Below are positions 21,625-30,351 of a stretch of 64,000 nt of DNA, piece after piece. The notes under the pieces are model-generated. The model was not told the origin of the DNA, made no database searches, and saw only the letters and a list, made by a program, of their open reading frames with translations. The translations under genes were made by a program, and so were the position numbers. The first letter of the stretch is position 1. Every line of letters starts with the position of its first letter. Origin of the DNA: an uncultured Gemmatimonadales bacterium (GTDB taxonomy: Bacteria > Gemmatimonadota > Gemmatimonadetes > Gemmatimonadales > Gemmatimonadaceae); NCBI GenBank assembly GCA_963850905.1, contig CAWKMU010000003.1, positions 3,296,001 to 3,360,000 on the forward strand, read 5' to 3'.

Positions 21625-24600
21625 ATGGCTCGCTCACAAGGGTCGGGGGCACGATTGTGCCCGCGAAATACACGCCCGGCAAGGCTTTGGGACTCGAGGT
21701 TTATCTCTGCGCTAGCGCTACTCCTGCCGGTCTTGTCCCCGTCGTTTGCAGCCGCTCAAGGACACGATCCGACGAGTTCGGCGAGGGGCATCTCCAAGTT
21801 GAATCGCGTCGTCCCGCTGTCCGTCCGAATGCCCGCCGTGGATGGCGCCGACATCCGATTCTCGCGCCTCTCGACAGCCCAGGGACTGTCCCAAACCCAA
21901 GTCGGTGAGATCGTACAAGACGATCAAGGGTTCATGTGGTTCGGGACTCAGTACGGTCTCGACCGATACGACGGATATGAGTTCAAGGTGTTCATGCATG
22001 ACCCTGCGCGCCAGAATAGCCTGAGCTGTGTCTACGTCCACTCGCTATTCAAGGACCGTTCTGGAACGCTGTGGGTGGGGTGCGATCAGTTTCTGGACAG
22101 GTTCGACCGTGTTCACGAGACATTCACTCATTATCGGATCGACACCGGCGAAGTGGCGAACTACGTCAGCCAAATCAGTCAGGATCGGAGCGGCATGCTG
22201 TGGTTGGCAACAGGGAGTGGTTTGTTCAGGTTGAACCCGGGGACGGCTCAGATCACCCACTACGTTCACGATCCAGCAAATCCCTCCAGTCTCGGCAGCA
22301 ACGAGGTCAGATATACGTTGGAAGACAGGAGTGGCCGATTCTGGATAGCCGACGGCGATGACGTAGAGGAGTTCAATCGCGAGAGCGGAAGAGTTCTATC
22401 GCGCGTCCACCTGAATGAGGGTGTAAGGCTAGTCTCGTTCTATGAAGATCACCTTGGCGTTTTTTGGATTACGTACGTCACGAATAACACCGGAAGTGGA
22501 CTAGCCGTTCTGGACCAATCCACAAATCGCCTCATTCCTTATTCAATCTATGACACGAAGTCTGACAAAGAATTACCTGCTGGATTCATGGCGGCGATCG
22601 AAGACAACAGCCAAACGCTCTGGTTAGCTAGTTTTGGCGCCGGTCTATTGAAGTTGGACAGAAAGCATGGTGTTTTCATCCGATATCGGAACTATCCCGA
22701 AAACCCTGAGAGCATCACAGAAGACCGCGTAATGTCGCTATGCGGGGACCGCGAAGGAAATGTTTGGGCGGGCTTGTACACGAGCGAGCCCAATGTTTTC
22801 CGTACCGAAAGGGCACCGTTCATGGCTCTAGTTACCCGAAGCAGTCCTCGCAGTCACGGCGAAAAGATCGTAAATGCGGTGTACGAGGATCGCAACCAGG
22901 TACTGTGGACGGCGACGACGGGAGCGTTAAATCGCATCGATCGAAGATCTGGAGACGCCACCTCTTACCAACCCCCGGGGCAAGGCCTGTCGAGCGACGT
23001 CATTGCGATTACGGAAGATCGGGCCGGCGGTCTCTGGATCGGAACTTACGGCGCGGGACTGAGCCGGTTCGACCGGAGAACTGGGCTTTTCGAGACCTAT
23101 CTGCACGACCCTGGCCGCGCTTCTAGTCTGAGCAGCAACATCGTGAGCCGGATGCTGATCGATGATGCGGGCACCATGTGGATCGGAACCTACAACGGTC
23201 TTGATCGGTTTGACGCTCGGAACGAGAGCTTCGTTGTCTACAAGCAGGACACCACGCGTGATGACGAGGTATATGCCAATCTCACACAGGACAAAAGCGG
23301 GTTGCTCTGGATGGGGGGCTGGCGAGGTTTAACCCGTTTCGACCCTCGGACTGGTCAATTCACCGGATATGCGCACAAGGTGGGTGACCCTGGTTCTTTG
23401 AGTGACAACGCCGTGACCTCGACCTATGTGGATCATTCAGGAACACTCTGGGTCAGCACTGAAAATGGCTTGAACATGCTGAACCGCGAGCGTGGGACTT
23501 TCGCCCACTACTACATGAAGGATGGCCTGCCGAGCAACGCCGTCAGTTGCATCCTCGAAGACGAGTTCGGCGCGTTATGGATGAGCACCAACCGCGGGTT
23601 GTCCAGGCTCGATCCCGTCGCAAAGACATTTCGGAACTACTCTACGGTTGACGGCCTCCCCGGCAATGACTTTACGGGCTGGGATGCCTGCTTTAGGAGT
23701 CCTAGCGGAGAGATGTTTTTTGCTGGGTTTGCCGGCGGGGTGGCCTTCTTTCCCGATAAGGTATTGAACCCATCGTACCCGCTGCCCCTCGTTCTGACCG
23801 ATTTCCAAATGGCTGGTCATTCGGTGGAAGTCGGAGACAGCTCCCCTCTCAGAGAGTCCATCAGCTACGCCAGCAACATCACACTCACTCACGACCAAAA
23901 CGTATTTTCACTGAGTTTCGCCGCACTCACGTATTTCAATCCAGATGCAAATCGGTACCGGTACAAACTTGAAGGACTGGATCGCGACTGGATCGAAGTT
24001 GAGAGTGATCGACGGATCGCGAGCTATACAACCTTGCCGGCGGGCAAATACACATTTCATGTACAGAGCGCAACCAGGCAAGGGGCTTGGAACGAGCCTG
24101 GCATTGCACTCAGGATCACGATCCTGCCGCCGTGGTGGGAGACTTGGTGGTTCAGGCTCCTGTGCTTCGTTGCATTCGTCGGAATTCTGTGGACGCTCTA
24201 CCTTCTTCGGCTCGGCCAAATGGCGACGGAGATTCGGGCCAGGCTGGAAGAGCGACTGGGTGAGCGAGAGAGAATAGCGCGTGAGCTGCACGATACTCTG
24301 CTGCAGGGGATACAAGGCCTGGTCTTGCGGTTTCAAGCCGTCGCCGAGCGGATACCTGCCTCAGAACCCGCCCGACACATGATCGATAAAGCGCTCGATC
24401 GAGCCGACGAAGTGCTGGTTCAGGGACGGGATCGCGTTAAGAATCTTCGTCTCACGCCACAGGTGAAACCCTTACCAGAGGCCCTCGCTGACGCCATCAA
24501 GGACCTTACACTCGACGACGGTATTGAATTCAGCATTGTTGTAGAAGGAGAGCTGCGCGAGCTTAGCCCTCTGGTGCGGGACGAGGCATACTGGATCGCA

Positions 24601-24948
24601 CACGAGGCTCTGGTAAACGCGGTGCAGCACGCGCGTGCGAAACGTATTGAAGTCGAGATCGCATACGATTCTGCGCGCCTGCGTTTGCGCTTTCGGGACG
24701 ACGGCTGCGGTGTCGATCCTAAGATTATCGAAGCCGGCGGCAAGCCGGGGCGTTGGGGGATGCGTGGAATGAGGGAGCGTTCCGCGAAAATCGGTGCGCA
24801 CTTGGAAACCTGGAGCCGCCCGGATGCTGGGACCGAGTTGGAATTGGAGATTCCAGGATCCGTTGCCTATAGCGCCAAGGGGAACGGTTCGCTGTGGCGA
24901 AGGCTCCGCCAACTGTGGTACGAGGAGACACCTGATGAACCCCATTAA
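21625..24948 (+). CDS. Sensor histidine kinase (two-component regulator propeller, Y_Y_Y, HisKA_3, HATPase)
   Basis: Many 'D..G.LW.GT..GL' repeats, YRYKLEG, PPWWETWWF TM, ERERIARELHDTLLQ, DDGCG..GRWGMRGMRER. Confidence 0.95.
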   Translation: MARSQGSGARLCPRNTRPARLWDSRFISALALLLPVLSPSFAAAQGHDPTSSARGISKLNRVVPLSVRMPAVDGADIRFSRLSTAQGLSQTQVGEIVQDDQGFMWFGTQYGLDRYDGYEFKVFMHDPARQNSLSCVYVHSLFKDRSGTLWVGCDQFLDRFDRVHETFTHYRIDTGEVANYVSQISQDRSGMLWLATGSGLFRLNPGTAQITHYVHDPANPSSLGSNEVRYTLEDRSGRFWIADGDDVEEFNRESGRVLSRVHLNEGVRLVSFYEDHLGVFWITYVTNNTGSGLAVLDQSTNRLIPYSIYDTKSDKELPAGFMAAIEDNSQTLWLASFGAGLLKLDRKHGVFIRYRNYPENPESITEDRVMSLCGDREGNVWAGLYTSEPNVFRTERAPFMALVTRSSPRSHGEKIVNAVYEDRNQVLWTATTGALNRIDRRSGDATSYQPPGQGLSSDVIAITEDRAGGLWIGTYGAGLSRFDRRTGLFETYLHDPGRASSLSSNIVSRMLIDDAGTMWIGTYNGLDRFDARNESFVVYKQDTTRDDEVYANLTQDKSGLLWMGGWRGLTRFDPRTGQFTGYAHKVGDPGSLSDNAVTSTYVDHSGTLWVSTENGLNMLNRERGTFAHYYMKDGLPSNAVSCILEDEFGALWMSTNRGLSRLDPVAKTFRNYSTVDGLPGNDFTGWDACFRSPSGEMFFAGFAGGVAFFPDKVLNPSYPLPLVLTDFQMAGHSVEVGDSSPLRESISYASNITLTHDQNVFSLSFAALTYFNPDANRYRYKLEGLDRDWIEVESDRRIASYTTLPAGKYTFHVQSATRQGAWNEPGIALRITILPPWWETWWFRLLCFVAFVGILWTLYLLRLGQMATEIRARLEERLGERERIARELHDTLLQGIQGLVLRFQAVAERIPASEPARHMIDKALDRADEVLVQGRDRVKNLRLTPQVKPLPEALADAIKDLTLDDGIEFSIVVEGELRELSPLVRDEAYWIAHEALVNAVQHARAKRIEVEIAYDSARLRLRFRDDGCGVDPKIIEAGGKPGRWGMRGMRERSAKIGAHLETWSRPDAGTELELEIPGSVAYSAKGNGSLWRRLRQLWYEETPDEPH

Positions 24949-25561
24949 GGTCCTATCGGTTGACGATCATCCCCTGTTCAGAGAAGGGATAGCGGCAATC
25001 ATAGAGAATCACTCTGACATGGTGCTGGTCGCTGAAGCTGGCAACGGTCGTGAAGCGCTCGAAAGTTTCCGGCGTCATCGTCCGGACGTAACGCTGATGG
25101 ATTTGGTGATGCCGGAGATGAATGGCATTGAGGCGACCATCGCCATTCGAAAAGAGTTTCCCAAAGCTCGCATCGTCATGCTGACGACATATAAGGGTGA
25201 CGTGCAAGCTGCTCAGGCCCTCGATGCCGGAGCCTGCGGATACTTGCTGAAGAGCACTCTGAGGAAGGATCTCCTGGATACCATTCGCGGCGTACACGCC
25301 GGCCAACACCGCATTCCCGCTGAGATTGCCATTGCAATTGCAGAACATCATGCAAGTGACACTCTTACGGAACGCGAGCTCGAAGTACTGCGGGAGGTCG
25401 CTGCTGGGAATGCGAATAAGACCGTCGCGTGGCACCTTTCCGTTTCGGAAGACACGGTCAAAGGCCACGTGAAGGCGATACTCGCTAAACTTGGCGCCAA
25501 CGATCGGACGCATGCGGTAACCATTGCACTCAAGCGCGGCATCATTTCGTTAGAACAATGA
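24935..25561 (+). CDS. NarL/LuxR-family response regulator
   Basis: VDDHPLFREG, DVTLMDL, GYLLK, LTERELEVL..HTH; overlaps the kinase 3' end. Confidence 0.95.
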   Translation: MNPIKVLSVDDHPLFREGIAAIIENHSDMVLVAEAGNGREALESFRRHRPDVTLMDLVMPEMNGIEATIAIRKEFPKARIVMLTTYKGDVQAAQALDAGACGYLLKSTLRKDLLDTIRGVHAGQHRIPAEIAIAIAEHHASDTLTERELEVLREVAAGNANKTVAWHLSVSEDTVKGHVKAILAKLGANDRTHAVTIALKRGIISLEQ

Positions 25562-26234
25562 CACGAACAGTCGCCCGCCGCCGGCACTACCGTCTCGTGC
25601 AGCCTCGTCTGGAAGCGGCAGGGGTCACCGACAAGGCTCGCGTGATCACGCAACGTCACTGATGTGGGGACTCGAGCGACTCAAGCGGTAGCGCTGTCGA
25701 ACCGCTTTTAAGAGGGCCCGCGACCGGGAGCCACCAACCAGCGGCTTAGCGCACCGGGAGTATCGAAGCGCCTTCGGCACGCCGTGCGGCGGCCGACCGA
25801 GCAAACCTCGCGCCGATCACGACGCCGGCGGCGATCCCAGAGTCGAATCGCAGGTCAGAGCCATAGTCAACACGATGGCTCGCGATTACCTCGCCGGTGC
25901 TGATCTCAGTACGCCAGCAACAGTGAGGGAGCAAGTGCCGAGCTGGATCGCGAACTAAAACGCCGTGGCCTCGGACGTGGCACTCGGCTACCACTCGCCA
26001 GGGCCACTGCCGCAAGTAGGGCCTACTGCTGGTGCGAGTTGCGGACGCAAATTGCCCAAGGAATTGGGCCTCGCACGTTACTCGAATTGGGGGTATTGCC
26101 TCGACCCGATGTGGGCTTTCACAAAATGGCCAGCACTTCTACCGTTCCGAGCGAAAGAGCGGTGTCGATCTCAGGATGGCGTCACCGGGGCTGTCAACCA
26201 CCAGACCAACCCCATCCAACGGAGGAACCACGCC

Positions 26235-26990
26235 ATGGCGCCCACACGCGCAGTCAAACCGAGTATCGTCTTCTGCCACGGGATCTTGGCCGATGGCTCG
26301 TGCTTCAGCAAAGTCATCCCCCCGCTTCAGGCGGAGGGGTACGAGGTTATGGCCGCCCAATACGGCCTCGACACGAACGAAGAAGATGTCGCCGCGGTAA
26401 AACGCACTCTCGGGCGGGTCAGCAGCCCAACCATTCTTGTCGGGCACTCCTACGGGGGTGCTGTTATCACCGCCGCAGGAACCGATGACCGCGTCGCCGC
26501 TCTCGTCTATATCGCCGCGATTGCCCCCGACGCGGACGAAACGTCGCAGGGCCAACAGGACACGTTTCCCGTTACCGACGTGTTCACATGCGTCGAAGTC
26601 GCAGACGGGCGCGCCTGGATGCGCCCCGAAGGCATCAGGTATTTCGCGGGAGACCTTCCGAAGGCAGAGCAACAACTCGTCTGGGCGACGCACTATGCGC
26701 CGGCCGCGGACCTATTCAGCCGGAACGCCCCAGGCACGGCCTGGAAGTCGAAGCCGAGCTGGTTCATCGTGGCCAACCAGGACCACACGGTTCACCCGGA
26801 TCTGGAACGCTTCGCCGCGAAGCGCATGGGCGCAACCATCCACGCGGTCGACAGCAGTCACGTCCCGATGCTGTCGCATCCAGATGTAGTGATTGACGTT
26901 ATCCGTTCCGCGGCAAGAGCCGTCCAGGGCTCGACTGCCGCTGCCGTCAAGACTGGAACAGAAGCTCGCGGAGTGGCTGTTCCGGCGTAG
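26235..26990 (+). CDS. Alpha/beta hydrolase (Abhydrolase_6)
   Basis: HGILADGS, GHSYGG, SSHVPMLSHP; GGAGG RBS. Confidence 0.92.
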   Translation: MAPTRAVKPSIVFCHGILADGSCFSKVIPPLQAEGYEVMAAQYGLDTNEEDVAAVKRTLGRVSSPTILVGHSYGGAVITAAGTDDRVAALVYIAAIAPDADETSQGQQDTFPVTDVFTCVEVADGRAWMRPEGIRYFAGDLPKAEQQLVWATHYAPAADLFSRNAPGTAWKSKPSWFIVANQDHTVHPDLERFAAKRMGATIHAVDSSHVPMLSHPDVVIDVIRSAARAVQGSTAAAVKTGTEARGVAVPA

Positions 26991-27041
26991 CTAAACGATG
27001 CGTCCCGTCCGAGTGGATCTTTACTTCAAGGGAGACTGCTC

Positions 27042-27737
27042 ATGAAACAGCCTATCAAGAACGTGGTTTTGGTGCATGGTGCTTTTGCCGATGGCTCCGG
27101 TTGGGCAGCCGTCGCCAAGATCCTCGAGAAGGATGGATACTCGGTATCGGTGCCACAGCCGCCGGAGACCTCTTATGCCGAGGACGTGAAGTGCACGAAG
27201 GCGGCCATCGACGCCATGAACGGGCCGGTGGTATTGGTGGGCCACAGTTATGGCGGGTCCATCATCACCGAGGCCGGTAATCATCCAAACGTTGCGGCAC
27301 TTGTCTATATCGCCGCATTCGCGCCGGACACGGGGGAAAGCCCCGCTACAATTGAACAAGCGCTCCCGCAAGCCTCCAAGGCGTTCAAGTCGGACAGCGC
27401 CGGCAACTGGTGGATAGAGCAGGCGCATTTCGCGGCCGACTTCGCGGCGGACGTTCCGCCGGACGTGTCCCACTTCATGGCTGTGTCGCAGGTGCCAATC
27501 TCCACCGAAGCGTTCACGCACAAGATCACGTCACCAGCCTGGAAGACCAAGCCCACTTGGTACATGGTGGCTACCGAAGACCGGTCAATCAATCCGGATC
27601 AGGAACGCATGATGGCGAAGCGCGCCAAGGCCAAGACGGTCGAAGTAAACGCCAGCCACGTGGTCTACATGTCTCACCCGAAGGAAGCAGCCAAGCTCAT
27701 CGAAGAGGCTGCCACCTCCGCACCCGTGAATCAGTAG
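27042..27737 (+). CDS. Alpha/beta hydrolase (Abhydrolase_6), paralog of the preceding gene
   Basis: HGAFADGSGW, GHSYGG, ASHVVYMSHP. Confidence 0.93.
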   Translation: MKQPIKNVVLVHGAFADGSGWAAVAKILEKDGYSVSVPQPPETSYAEDVKCTKAAIDAMNGPVVLVGHSYGGSIITEAGNHPNVAALVYIAAFAPDTGESPATIEQALPQASKAFKSDSAGNWWIEQAHFAADFAADVPPDVSHFMAVSQVPISTEAFTHKITSPAWKTKPTWYMVATEDRSINPDQERMMAKRAKAKTVEVNASHVVYMSHPKEAAKLIEEAATSAPVNQ

Positions 27738-27761
27738 CCACACGGTCCCAAACAAAGTGAA

Positions 27762-27790
27762 CTCCGCCGATCCGGTTACGATCGGCGGAG
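27762..27790. terminator. Perfect 11-bp hairpin, putative terminator
   Basis: CTCCGCCGATC-7nt-GATCGGCGGAG between convergent genes; no clear U-tract. Confidence 0.5.
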
Positions 27791-27794
27791 ACCG

Positions 27795-27819
27795 GGTGGA
27801 TAGAGCGGCGGTTTCCTAA
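27795..27819 (+). repeat. 5'-half fragment of tRNA-Arg(CCT) (att-like)
   Basis: GGTGGATAGAGCGGCGGTTTCCTAA matches 29985-30009 at 24/25 and ends at the last base of the anticodon loop. Confidence 0.8.
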
Positions 27820-27901
27820 TTTCCAGCGGGGCTTTCGGGCGCTTCTCTTAGGCGATCGAGGTACTGGCCAAAGGCAGCACGGACGTCGGGCTCTCGGGCT
27901 A

Positions 27902-29596
27902 TTACCTACTCAGCGGCGTCAGATCTACTCGGTCAAAGCGCAAATTCCGCACGCGACCGTTGCTGACCGTAAAGCTGTTGCATCGCCTGAGCTCTGGACA
28001 CCGATACTCCATCGCCCCCATTGGGAACTCTGCCACGAACACGTCGGCAATCGTGGGCGTCATCTCGAGCTCGCCGCGCGCGTAATGCACAAAGAGCTTG
28101 TTGTCCCGAACCGAGATCGTGTATAGGGCATCAAGCTCCTTGCTGTAGAAGGCGCCTGCGTACTCCCGCAGCCTCTCAGTCGTTGGATGGACACGTTCGA
28201 TGCGCTTTGCAGATTGATCGGCCCCACCCTGGTGTAGGGTGAAGCGGGCCGATTTGCCGCCCGGTGCGGGCGCGTCGAACGTCACCTGCGCGTCGACGAC
28301 CTTCAGGACGAAACGGCTTTCGGATACAGGATACACCGGAATCTTGGACTCCCCGGTCGCCTGCGTCATGAGCTGATCGCCCTCCCGAGTAAAGGAGATG
28401 ATGAAGTCCGGACTTAGCTGATAATCGCCGACATAGGCATCCAGCAGCTTCGGATCGACCGTCACCTGGGCCAGCGTCGAATCGCGAGCGGTTGGGGCCT
28501 TCGGCGGTGACCCTTTCAGGTGGGACGCCAGATAGATGTCCGCCACCCTGTACGCGAGCCCAGGGGCGTCGGCATCGCCGGCGTTGCACAGCGTGATGAC
28601 AGAAACATGCTCATCGGGAAACCGCAGTAACTCGGTGCGAAATCCGGCATCTCCGCCGGCGTGGTTGACTGTCCTCAACCCACGGTACTCGTTGACCACC
28701 AATCCAGAGGCGTACTCGATCTCTTTGCCACTATTCAGATGCCCCTTGATTTGCATCTTCTGCAATAGGTCTCTCCCGCCCACTGCGCCGGTATAGAAGT
28801 TTTCGTCCCAGCGCGCGAGGTCGCCGATCGTCGTGAACAGACTGCTCGGCCCCACCGTCGAGTAAGAGAGCGCAACATAGGCATACCGCCCATCTGGCTG
28901 GCGCTCGTATGAGTAGGCGCGGTTGTCGACGAGGTCCCCGTAATGCTCGTGGAAGTGAGTACTGCGCATGCCGAGCGGTGCAAAGATGCGCTCGTCCGTG
29001 AACTCACGCAGGGGCTTGCCTGAAACGCGTTGCACGATGAGCCCCAGCAAGGTGTAGCCCGTGTTGCTGTAGAGAAACTCGTCGTTCGGGTGGAAGTTCA
29101 GCTCCCGCTGTCGCCAGATCAGATTCACGACGTCCTCCTGCGTGATCACGTCCTCCAGACGCCAACCCGCCATGGCGAGGAGGTTCCACTGATCACGCAG
29201 GCCGCTCGTGTGATGCAGGAGATCGCGGATCGTGATGGTCCTGTTGAAGTCGTGAAGCTCCGGGAGGTACTTGCGAATGTCGTCGTCCAGCGACAGCCTG
29301 CCCTCCTGCTCGAGCAGATAGATGGCGAAGGCCGTAAACTGCTTAGACAGCGACGCGATGTGGAACACCGTGCCCGCCGTGATCGGTACAGAGTGTTCGA
29401 TGTCCGCTCGGCCGTAACCCTGGACATAGAGCGGCTTCCCATCCTTGAGAACGCCGAGAACACAACCGGCAGTGCCTGGTTTAGCCCATTGGGCAAAGAT
29501 TGCGTCGGCAGCGCGGTCCGGCGTGGTCTGCGCGGTCGCGGCCGAGGCAACAGCGACAAGAGTGATCAGGCTCCGGGCGGCGACGAGCGTGCGCAT
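27902..29596 (-). CDS. Serine hydrolase, beta-lactamase/AmpC-like family with C-terminal DUF3471-like domain
   Basis: Signal peptide; SLSK (SxxK), YSN, HAG motifs; LLHHTSG. Confidence 0.9.
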   Translation of the reverse strand: MRTLVAARSLITLVAVASAATAQTTPDRAADAIFAQWAKPGTAGCVLGVLKDGKPLYVQGYGRADIEHSVPITAGTVFHIASLSKQFTAFAIYLLEQEGRLSLDDDIRKYLPELHDFNRTITIRDLLHHTSGLRDQWNLLAMAGWRLEDVITQEDVVNLIWRQRELNFHPNDEFLYSNTGYTLLGLIVQRVSGKPLREFTDERIFAPLGMRSTHFHEHYGDLVDNRAYSYERQPDGRYAYVALSYSTVGPSSLFTTIGDLARWDENFYTGAVGGRDLLQKMQIKGHLNSGKEIEYASGLVVNEYRGLRTVNHAGGDAGFRTELLRFPDEHVSVITLCNAGDADAPGLAYRVADIYLASHLKGSPPKAPTARDSTLAQVTVDPKLLDAYVGDYQLSPDFIISFTREGDQLMTQATGESKIPVYPVSESRFVLKVVDAQVTFDAPAPGGKSARFTLHQGGADQSAKRIERVHPTTERLREYAGAFYSKELDALYTISVRDNKLFVHYARGELEMTPTIADVFVAEFPMGAMEYRCPELRRCNSFTVSNGRVRNLRFDRVDLTPLSR

Positions 29597-29726
29597 TTGA
29601 CGTCCACGGAGAAGAACCCGGATAATGTCACCGGGAAGGGAGCGCAGCAATGTCTGGCGGAGCAGGCAGAATCGCCCGCATCGTGGTGGTGATACTTCGT
29701 GCTCCCTCCGAGATCGGCGTGCCGTC

Positions 29727-29849
29727 GCAGACCTCGGCACGACGATGTTGTACACGCATCTCGCGAGAGAGCACCTGCGTGCGCTCGTCACGCCTCTCGT
29801 GCCGGTGAAGGATCAAGAATCCAAGCCGACCGACGCCCGCGCCGGGTAA
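29727..29849 (+). pseudogene. C-terminal remnant of a tyrosine recombinase/integrase
   Basis: ADLGTTMLYTHLAREHLR resembles the (LGH)xxxxTTxxYxH box II (Tyr codon 29751-29753). The upstream LGH and the rest of the gene are absent; lies about 120 bp before the tRNA. Confidence 0.7.
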
Positions 29850-29970
29850 GTCGGTCACGAATTTGCGCGGAATGTGTCAAGAAATGTGTCCAGAGCCGTG
29901 CGCAGTGCTTCAGGTGCAGCATCCTATCTGCGGCATAAGCTACGATAGGTGAGTAGATTAGACCTCTATC

Positions 29971-30044
29971 GCCCCCGTAGCTCAGGTGGATAGAGCAGCG
30001 GTTTCCTAAACCGTTGGCCGGGTGTTCGAGTCACCCCGGGGGCA
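29971..30044 (+). tRNA. tRNA-Arg(CCT)
   Basis: Acceptor GCCCCCG/CGGGGGC, D-stem GCTC/GAGC, anticodon arm GCGGT-TTCCTAA-ACCGT, T-arm GGGTG-TTCGAGT-CACCC; CCA not encoded. Confidence 0.97.
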
Positions 30045-30087
30045 CTGGAACGCTCGTTCGCAGCACAAAGCCACGTACGGGTCCGTG

Positions 30088-30128
30088 TTCCTAAACCGTT
30101 GGCCGCGTGTTCGAGTCACCCCGGGGGC
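30088..30128 (+). repeat. 3'-half fragment of tRNA-Arg(CCT) (att-like)
   Basis: 40/41 match to 30003-30043, starting at the first base of the anticodon loop. Confidence 0.9.
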
Positions 30129-30351
30129 TCTGCGGGAAAACGACTTACGCGACCGCTACCTTCCGCTCCGTCTCTGGCGTGCTATTCGGCGCGCTATTCG
30201 TGAGCTTGGGTCGGGCGCTCTCGTCGCGGAAAGAACTTAAGAACGACGCTGACGACGAGCAGCATCACCTGGAGCACCAACAACGCGGCCGTCCCGGCGG
30301 ATCGCCTTGAGCGGGAGGGCGGGGAAGGCTAACCCCGCCCCCTCGCACCCC

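Noticed and set aside
27409..27422. GGTGGATAGAGCAG, a 14-nt match to the tRNA D-arm
   Set aside because: Lies in-frame inside an intact hydrolase (WWIEQ); best explained as coincidence.
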